Assembly (NCBI GenBank): GCA_041489255.1
Contig: JBGPQV010000007.1
Span: 4,006 to 68,005, forward strand
Length of the DNA: 64,000 nt
Direction of reading: 5' to 3'
Source of the DNA: Thermoplasmata archaeon
Lineage (GTDB): Archaea; Thermoplasmatota; Thermoplasmata; RBG-16-68-12; JAFNFQ01
Shown here piece by piece: positions 57,993-64,000 of this stretch. Numbering within the stretch: the stretch's first letter is position 1; the number at the start of each line of letters is the position of its first letter. Under the pieces are notes generated by a model. The model saw only the letters and a program-made list of their open reading frames with translations. It did no database searches and was not told where the DNA came from. The position numbers and the translations under genes are program-made.

Positions 57993-60900
57993 ATGAGGCG
58001 AGACACGGAAAGACGATGGTCGGGCATTGCCATCCTCCTAGTCCTGACTCTGCCGGGAGGCTTCATCGGTTCTTTCGCGCCGATGGCGGGTGGAGTGCCG
58101 TCTGTCAAGAACCTGGAGACGGGGAACAAGACGGTGAGCTGGAACTTCACTGATCCTGCGGACTACTCTTTCACGAATGTCACTTTGGCGGGTCGACTTG
58201 ACCAGACCAGCGACGTGCTGACGCAGGACGCGACTCAAGATCTAGTGGCTAATGGTACGTGGGATAACACAAACCTCACGATATCTGGCGGATCAATTGC
58301 TAGTCGCGAGTTCAGAAAGGAATTGGTCATAAACGGGACATTTGACGCGTCACCACCATGGAGGTACGCAAATGGAACGGGCGGCAATCTGTCCGCTGAA
58401 TGGAGTGCAGCTAATCGGACAGCGAGCTACGTCCATAGTCGAGGGGCGTCAGCCGCTGTACAGTTCGATGAGATGGATGCCGTAGCAGGATGGACTTACT
58501 CCTCCACAGGCACTCCCTCCCCGCTGGGAGGCATATCACTGGACAATGTTTATTTCAAAGAGCCAACAGCGTCGATTCTCCTAGATGTGAGATTTAGGGG
58601 GGATCCGACCGGCTGGGCCGCTGCGAGACGGCTTGGCCTCTGGGATTGGTCATCCTACAATATGCTATCCGTGTGGCTGAATACAACATACATAGCTCCA
58701 GAAGTTCCGCTCGCCTTTGTCAATTTGGTCGCCGGCGGATCGCCCTGTGATTCGGCTCTTGCTTGGATGAAACCCGGCTGGTCAAGGTATTATTTTGATA
58801 TCTCAGGATGCTCAGGCCTGACGGCCGTGACGGATGTTGATTTCCGTTTCACTAATGTGACTGGTAACTCATGGGAGCAGATATGGGTCGATGATGTCTG
58901 GCTCTATCATTTCGACAACATCACTCAATCGGCTAGCATCTCTCAGGACATTCTGAAGATGAACTTCACTGCCCCTAATCCAATGACGCTCCTTCTGAGT
59001 TTCGACTACAAGGTTGATTCCGCGGCTAATCTCACCGACGCGAACCTCACCGCCTGGATCAACGGCGCTCTTCTGTCAATCCCGCCAATCCCCGCTAACG
59101 CGCCGATCGGTTGGACGCACGCGAGCTACGACATCAGCGTCGCCCTGACCGGGAAAGGGCTTTTCAATCTATCATTCATCGCAAGCCTATCACTGTTTAC
59201 TCCTTATGCCACATCAATGAAAGTGGAGATAGACAACACTTCTGTGACCGTCCCCGACTACCATGGGGGCATCTACGAATCCGTTCCGTTCAATCTTGGC
59301 CACGCCGTGCGCTTCGACAACATCTCGTTCGCATCGTCTAGCCACCCGGACACGAACGTCACGGTCGAGGTCCGCGGCGGTTGGTCGAACCAGACGGACG
59401 ACGGCTCATGGACTCCATGGGAGCAGCACTTCAATTCGTCAGAGATTCTTCTGAACAATTCCAGCGCCAGTTTCCTTCAGTATCGCGTGATCCTGAACAC
59501 CACGAACGCCAGCGCGGCGGTCTCCTTCGACTGGATCAAGTTCGAATTCCACAGATACGTCGATGGCGGCAGCGTGCAGACGGTCGACTGGTCTCCGCCA
59601 GAGACTCTGATCGGTTGGAGGCGGTTCGGGGCGAACTACACCGTTCCGCCGTTCACCTCAGTTGATTTCTACATCTCCAACGACACAGGTTCCATCTGGT
59701 ATCCGGTCATGCCTGGCGATTCCCTCGATACGCTTGGCGGCAACACGATCAGCATCAAGGCGGAATTCGAGACCCTCAACACGACATTCACGCCCGAGTT
59801 GTTCGAGCTCAACGTGACCTATGAGTTCCTCGGGCCGCTGGACAAGATCACCGTGAGCCCGGCGACATGGTCAGGCACCGCGGACGATCAGATATCATTC
59901 ACCGCCAAGGCGAACGACCAATGGGGCCACCTGATCACGCTATTCACCCCGATTTGGACCGATGATGATCCTGCCGGCAGCGTCAATCCCAGCGGCCTGT
60001 ATCAGGCTGGTACAGAAGGGAACTGGCACGTATGTGCCTCTTCTCTGGGAATCGTTGACTGCGCCAACGTGACCGTCACTCACGGAAGGTTGGTCCGCAT
60101 CGATATCAGCCCGACCTCTGCCTTCGTGATGGCGAAGACCACCCGCCTTTTCAGCGCTTCGGGCTTCGACGTCTTCGGCAACGACGTCCCCCTCACGGAC
60201 ACTTCATGGACCACCGATGTCGGCAACTTCAGCAGCCTCACGCCGGCAAACGCCATTTTCATGGCTATCGGAGTGCCCGGTGTGGGCAGTGTCTGGGCCA
60301 AACACAATTCCGCGTCAGGCCTCCTCGTGGCGCGGGCGGACGTGACAGTGACCGCATCGAACACGGTGGTCATCCAGGGCCTCGTGCCGAACCAGAGTAA
60401 GCCCGAGGACTCCCCGCCGTGGCAGCTGAATCTGACGCCCTACCTGCCGCCGGGCCCGAGTCCAGACGACCTGATGTGGTACCTCGAGGACAAGAACGAG
60501 GCGCTCTACACGGTCCTCGGCGAGAGACGCTTCGGCCAGCACGTCCTCACGTTCTATCCCAAGCAGGACGCGTTCGGCGACAATGACGTGACCCTCTGGC
60601 TGGAGGACCGTCTCGGCGCGAGAGACTCTCAGCCCCTCCTTGTCTCCCTGACGCCCGTGAACGACCCTCCGGTGTTCTATGACGTCCCACGCTTGCAGAT
60701 CAAGGCTGGGGTCTCCTACGTATTCGACTACTCGCCTTATGTCTACGACGTCGACACCCCCAAGGACATGCTCATCCTCAGCACCGACGACCAGACGCAC
60801 ACGAAGACCGTCGGGCTCACCGTCAATTACACCTACGATTCGAGCTACGCAGGACAGACGGTCATGGTCCGCTTGAGAATATCTGACGGCTCAAGTTCAT

Positions 60901-62630
60901 CCTCCACGATCCAGCTCATCGACATAGTCGGCGGCGACAACGCCTGCCCGCACGTGCTGAAGCCCCTGCCCCCTGTCTCGATGTTCGAGGACGTGCCGAT
61001 TACGGATGCTTTCCCCGACATCCTCCAGAACTACTTCGGCGACGCGGATGGGGATCCACTCACCTACAGCTTCGGCCACCCGCAACACATGACGATCAGC
61101 ACATGGACCACGCCACCGAACTACATACACGTGAACATCACCTCGGAGCTCGACTGGTACGGCATTGAGTACCTCACCGCAAGAGCGACCGACCCCTCAG
61201 GCTGCTTCGCGGAGCAGACAGTGCGCGTCACCGTCGTCCCCGTGAACGACCCGCCCGTGCTCGATTGGCACGACGACATATACATCAAGCGCGACATGCC
61301 CTACAACCTCGACTTGACGGACTTCGTGAGCGACGTGGACAACCCGATGTCTGAGCTCACCCTGGACACGAACAACACAATCCTCGCGACTGTCGAGTTC
61401 TTCAACATCCACCTCCTCGCGACCTACCAGATAGGGCTGGTCACGTCACTGCACCTATCCCTCTCGCTCACGGACGGACAGGCCACCGTCTGGTCCAACG
61501 TAACAGTGCGCATAGGGACTAACGAGCCGCCGATGCTCAGGCCGGGGACGAGCCTCCCTGACGTCACTTTCAACGAGGACACGCAGGCCGTCATGGTGTT
61601 CGACATGGACAGCTACTTCGCCGACGCTGACGGCCCGCAGCCGCTGACATACTCGGTCCTGACAGAGACGGTAATCGCCCAGGTCGACAACAGTTACAAC
61701 TACGTGAACTTCAGCGCCCCGCCGAACTGGAACGGCCAGGAGGTCGTCCACGTCAGGGCGTCTGACGGGCTCGGCTTCGTGATCGGCAGGCTCACTGTCA
61801 GGGTCATCCCGGTGAACGACGCGCCTGTCATAGACCCGATGCCTGACTGGGACTTCGGAGACGGCGGCATCGTGGCGATCGACCTGAGGCAGTACGTGCA
61901 TGACGTGGACAACAATATCACCGAGCTCAGGTTCAACACGAACACCCCGCACGCGACGACGGTCGGGTACATCCTGATCCTCGATTACCAGGACGGCGCC
62001 GCGTCGGAGATTGTGGCGCTCACGGTGAACGACACGATGCTGAACGCGTCGAGGTCGTTCACGGTGACGACGAAGGGGACGTTGCCGGACAACCCTCCGC
62101 CGCTCTGGGCGCAGATACTCTGGCCGTGGTCTATCATCATCCTCGTGATCCTGGCGGCGATAGGCGCCGTGGCTTACAACAGGGTGCTCGACAGGCGCTA
62201 CACCATGGAGGACGCCTTCCTCGTCGGCAAGGAGGGTCGGCTGATAATGCACACCACCCGCCACCTGATGGCCGACAGGGACGAGGACATCCTGGCGGGG
62301 ATGCTGACCGCGATCCAGATGTTCATCAAGGATTCGTTCAAGGAAGAGGGCGGGGACCTGAGGAACTTCCAGTTCGGCGATAACCAAGTCCTGGTCGACA
62401 GAGGCGAGCGCTTCTACTTCGCAGCGATGTACTCAGGCGAACCGCCAGAGACCGCTGCGGACAGCATGACCGCCTTCACGGCTGACATCGAGGCATCCTT
62501 CGGACCGATTTTAGAACGCTGGTCGGGCGACGCGGACGAGTTGAAGGGGCTGAGGTCCCTCATGGACGCGTTCACGGCGCACCGCAGGTACAGGCAGGGC
62601 GATTTCAAGAAGTTCGTCAAGAAGGCCTAG
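57993..62630 (+). CDS. 1545-aa transmembrane giant protein: extracellular cadherin-like repeats, single TM, cytoplasmic Roadblock/LC7-like domain
   Basis: signal/TM at N-terminus; >=5 modules ending (V/I)(P/T)VNDxPV with DADGD-type Ca sites; TM LWAQILWPWSIIILVILAAIGAVAYN; C-terminal ~150 aa with beta-alpha-beta-beta pattern (AFLVGKEGRLIMHT…ILAGMLTAIQMFIKDSF…LRNFQFGDNQVLVDRGERFYFAAMYSGE). Confidence 0.75.
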   Translation: MRRDTERRWSGIAILLVLTLPGGFIGSFAPMAGGVPSVKNLETGNKTVSWNFTDPADYSFTNVTLAGRLDQTSDVLTQDATQDLVANGTWDNTNLTISGGSIASREFRKELVINGTFDASPPWRYANGTGGNLSAEWSAANRTASYVHSRGASAAVQFDEMDAVAGWTYSSTGTPSPLGGISLDNVYFKEPTASILLDVRFRGDPTGWAAARRLGLWDWSSYNMLSVWLNTTYIAPEVPLAFVNLVAGGSPCDSALAWMKPGWSRYYFDISGCSGLTAVTDVDFRFTNVTGNSWEQIWVDDVWLYHFDNITQSASISQDILKMNFTAPNPMTLLLSFDYKVDSAANLTDANLTAWINGALLSIPPIPANAPIGWTHASYDISVALTGKGLFNLSFIASLSLFTPYATSMKVEIDNTSVTVPDYHGGIYESVPFNLGHAVRFDNISFASSSHPDTNVTVEVRGGWSNQTDDGSWTPWEQHFNSSEILLNNSSASFLQYRVILNTTNASAAVSFDWIKFEFHRYVDGGSVQTVDWSPPETLIGWRRFGANYTVPPFTSVDFYISNDTGSIWYPVMPGDSLDTLGGNTISIKAEFETLNTTFTPELFELNVTYEFLGPLDKITVSPATWSGTADDQISFTAKANDQWGHLITLFTPIWTDDDPAGSVNPSGLYQAGTEGNWHVCASSLGIVDCANVTVTHGRLVRIDISPTSAFVMAKTTRLFSASGFDVFGNDVPLTDTSWTTDVGNFSSLTPANAIFMAIGVPGVGSVWAKHNSASGLLVARADVTVTASNTVVIQGLVPNQSKPEDSPPWQLNLTPYLPPGPSPDDLMWYLEDKNEALYTVLGERRFGQHVLTFYPKQDAFGDNDVTLWLEDRLGARDSQPLLVSLTPVNDPPVFYDVPRLQIKAGVSYVFDYSPYVYDVDTPKDMLILSTDDQTHTKTVGLTVNYTYDSSYAGQTVMVRLRISDGSSSSSTIQLIDIVGGDNACPHVLKPLPPVSMFEDVPITDAFPDILQNYFGDADGDPLTYSFGHPQHMTISTWTTPPNYIHVNITSELDWYGIEYLTARATDPSGCFAEQTVRVTVVPVNDPPVLDWHDDIYIKRDMPYNLDLTDFVSDVDNPMSELTLDTNNTILATVEFFNIHLLATYQIGLVTSLHLSLSLTDGQATVWSNVTVRIGTNEPPMLRPGTSLPDVTFNEDTQAVMVFDMDSYFADADGPQPLTYSVLTETVIAQVDNSYNYVNFSAPPNWNGQEVVHVRASDGLGFVIGRLTVRVIPVNDAPVIDPMPDWDFGDGGIVAIDLRQYVHDVDNNITELRFNTNTPHATTVGYILILDYQDGAASEIVALTVNDTMLNASRSFTVTTKGTLPDNPPPLWAQILWPWSIIILVILAAIGAVAYNRVLDRRYTMEDAFLVGKEGRLIMHTTRHLMADRDEDILAGMLTAIQMFIKDSFKEEGGDLRNFQFGDNQVLVDRGERFYFAAMYSGEPPETAADSMTAFTADIEASFGPILERWSGDADELKGLRSLMDAFTAHRRYRQGDFKKFVKKA

Positions 62631-63543
62631 GCGGCCCGGCAGAATCGCCATCGCCCTCCCGCTTCCTGTAGATCCTCCCGACGTACTTCCTGTAGTCGTG
62701 GTTCGGTCCCTTCCGCCAAGGCAGCTCGAACAGGCCGTTGATGTTCACGTACAATTCGGGCAAGAGCCAGAAGCAAAAGACCAGGAGCATGACGAGGACC
62801 AGCACCGCCAGCCCCTTCCCCCAGTACCCGTGCGCCAGCTCGAATTCGACGTGCTGCACGTCGAATGAATAGATCACCACGAAGTTCCTCACCAGGTTCA
62901 TGAAGTAGGTCACCGGGATGACGACGGCGGCTGCCAGGAGCTTCCTCTTTGGCGGCTCCTTCACGCCGAGGATCATCGCGACCGCGATGGCGATGCCCTG
63001 GATTGCGGTGCACGCGAGGATGATGTGGACGACCGGCCTGCCGACGGAGTTGAGCAGGGGCGCGTAGATATCCTCCCCGTTGACGCGGTAGAATGGCGGG
63101 TTGCCCACGAGCGTGGCGGGTCCCGCGGTGTATGAGACGTTCGCGGCGCCGAGCAGGGCGGCCGTCTGCTGGGTCACCGCCTCGATGAGCCATGCGGAGA
63201 GCTGGGGGATCCTGTCCACGACGAAGTAGATTGTCGACGCGATGAAGGCGGCACCCGCCAGGAACCTCAGCGGCTCGTACTCATCGTTCCACTGGTACGA
63301 GAGTCGCTCGTGATATGCGAAGAAGAGGAAGGCGATGAACGCCCCGATGCTCCCGAGCACGTTCAGCAGGTCGAGGGAGAAAGCGTATGATGGGGCCTGG
63401 GCCAGCCAGAATATCGCGAAGATGGCCCATCCGGCCGCGCGGAACTGGTGACACCTCCTCTTCTTCCAGAGGAACCCTATTCCCAAGGCCACCAGCCCCG
63501 AGAACAGGAGAATGTCGTTGAGGATCCTGAGTTCGCCCGCCAT
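62617..63543 (-). CDS. polytopic membrane protein, exosortase/archaeosortase-family-like
   Basis: ~8 TM; candidate active-site Cys in PVVHIILACTAIQGIA (cf. exosortase P..V…ACSGI.S) and NLVRN Arg motif. Confidence 0.45.
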   Translation of the reverse strand: MAGELRILNDILLFSGLVALGIGFLWKKRRCHQFRAAGWAIFAIFWLAQAPSYAFSLDLLNVLGSIGAFIAFLFFAYHERLSYQWNDEYEPLRFLAGAAFIASTIYFVVDRIPQLSAWLIEAVTQQTAALLGAANVSYTAGPATLVGNPPFYRVNGEDIYAPLLNSVGRPVVHIILACTAIQGIAIAVAMILGVKEPPKRKLLAAAVVIPVTYFMNLVRNFVVIYSFDVQHVEFELAHGYWGKGLAVLVLVMLLVFCFWLLPELYVNINGLFELPWRKGPNHDYRKYVGRIYRKREGDGDSAGPPRPS

Positions 63544-63610
63544 ATCTGCCGCATCGAAGATGCGGATGCTTTCTTAACCTTTGTTCAACCGCCGGGCGGG
63601 AATGCCCCGA

Positions 63611-63742
63611 TCAAGTAAGCACCAGATAGAATATGACTGCGAATCCGAACAGCATGAAGCCCGTGGAGACGATCCACAGCCACCACACCAGCCTCGCCCG
63701 CCTCGCGGGGTCGGAGTACCTCTCCATCATCCTATCGAGCAT
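63611..63742 (-). CDS. small (43 aa) hydrophobic protein, ATGA-coupled to atpD stop
   Basis: MLDRMMERYSDPARRARLVWWLWIVSTGFMLFGFAVIFYLVLT; start codon overlaps atpD TGA. Confidence 0.35.
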   Translation of the reverse strand: MLDRMMERYSDPARRARLVWWLWIVSTGFMLFGFAVIFYLVLT

Positions 63743-64000
63743 CACGCACCCTTGAACCGCTTGAGGCGCAGGAAGTTGTCCCTCTCCATCTCCTCGAGCC
63801 TGAACCTGATGAACCTCTCGGTGTCCTGGAGGTCCGGGATGACGCGGTTCTCCAGCGCATTGACCCGCCTCTTCACCTTCTCTATCTCCTCGATCAGCCT
63901 GCGCATCGTCGTCTCTATCTCTGCGGCGCGGATGATGTCCTCCACGAGGTCCTCGTACGCCTCCGCCGCCTCGTCGATCATCGGCGTCGTCTCGATGACG
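63742..64000 (-). CDS. atpD: A/V-type ATP synthase subunit D (C-terminal part; gene runs off window)
   Basis: …RVNALENRVIPDLQDTERFIRFRLEEMERDNFLRLKRFKGA C-terminal signature. Confidence 0.7.
   Translation of the reverse strand, partial: VIETTPMIDEAAEAYEDLVEDIIRAAEIETTMRRLIEEIEKVKRRVNALENRVIPDLQDTERFIRFRLEEMERDNFLRLKRFKGA

Overview
This 64 kb window is GC-rich (about 60-65% by eye) and belongs to an archaeon. The evidence is a set of archaeal marker genes: aIF2-gamma, ribosomal S6e, pelota, archaeosine tRNA-guanine transglycosylase, Pth2, archaeal pantoate kinase, KEOPS Pcc1, TrpB2 and A/V-ATPase subunit D.

Core metabolism in the window:
- coaBC with pantoate kinase (archaeal CoA biosynthesis).
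- A complete hdrC-hdrB-hdrA-mvhD-metV-metF operon in the acetogen-type gene order, with a tandem-duplicated HdrA.
- Methylmalonyl-CoA mutase with its epimerase.
- cysS and pyrF.
- Two ZIP metal transporters, an ABC-2 transporter, a subtilase, and a tRNA-Gln(UUG) gene.

About a third of the window encodes giant, paralogous secreted or surface proteins. Their domains include SBBP beta-propeller repeats, PKD, BNR, LTD, vWA, CARDB, cadherin-like repeats, collagen-like GXX repeats, and FN3 with thioredoxin.

Observations that the gene annotation does not explain:
- Three separate cases where a diverged copy of a housekeeping-gene end (coaBC 5' end, pantoate kinase 3' end, pyrF 3' end) is duplicated 1-3.5 kb away, bracketing an apparently inserted segment.
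- Two related tandem arrays of degenerate 21-bp units (about 440 bp and about 740 bp) that keep 21-bp phase with no indels. They share a GGGACAAT/ATTGTCCC inverted-repeat core and sit upstream of transporter genes.
- An in-frame TGA at a conserved Gly codon that splits an SBBP/PKD giant surface-protein gene of more than 1,460 codons.
- Two tandem Ras-like small GTPases followed by a 1545-aa cadherin-like transmembrane protein with a cytoplasmic Roadblock/LC7-like tail, and then an exosortase/archaeosortase-like membrane protein. I read this as a candidate surface-receptor to small-GTPase signalling module.

The high GC content produces many long antisense or spurious ORFs in the supplied track, and I discounted those.
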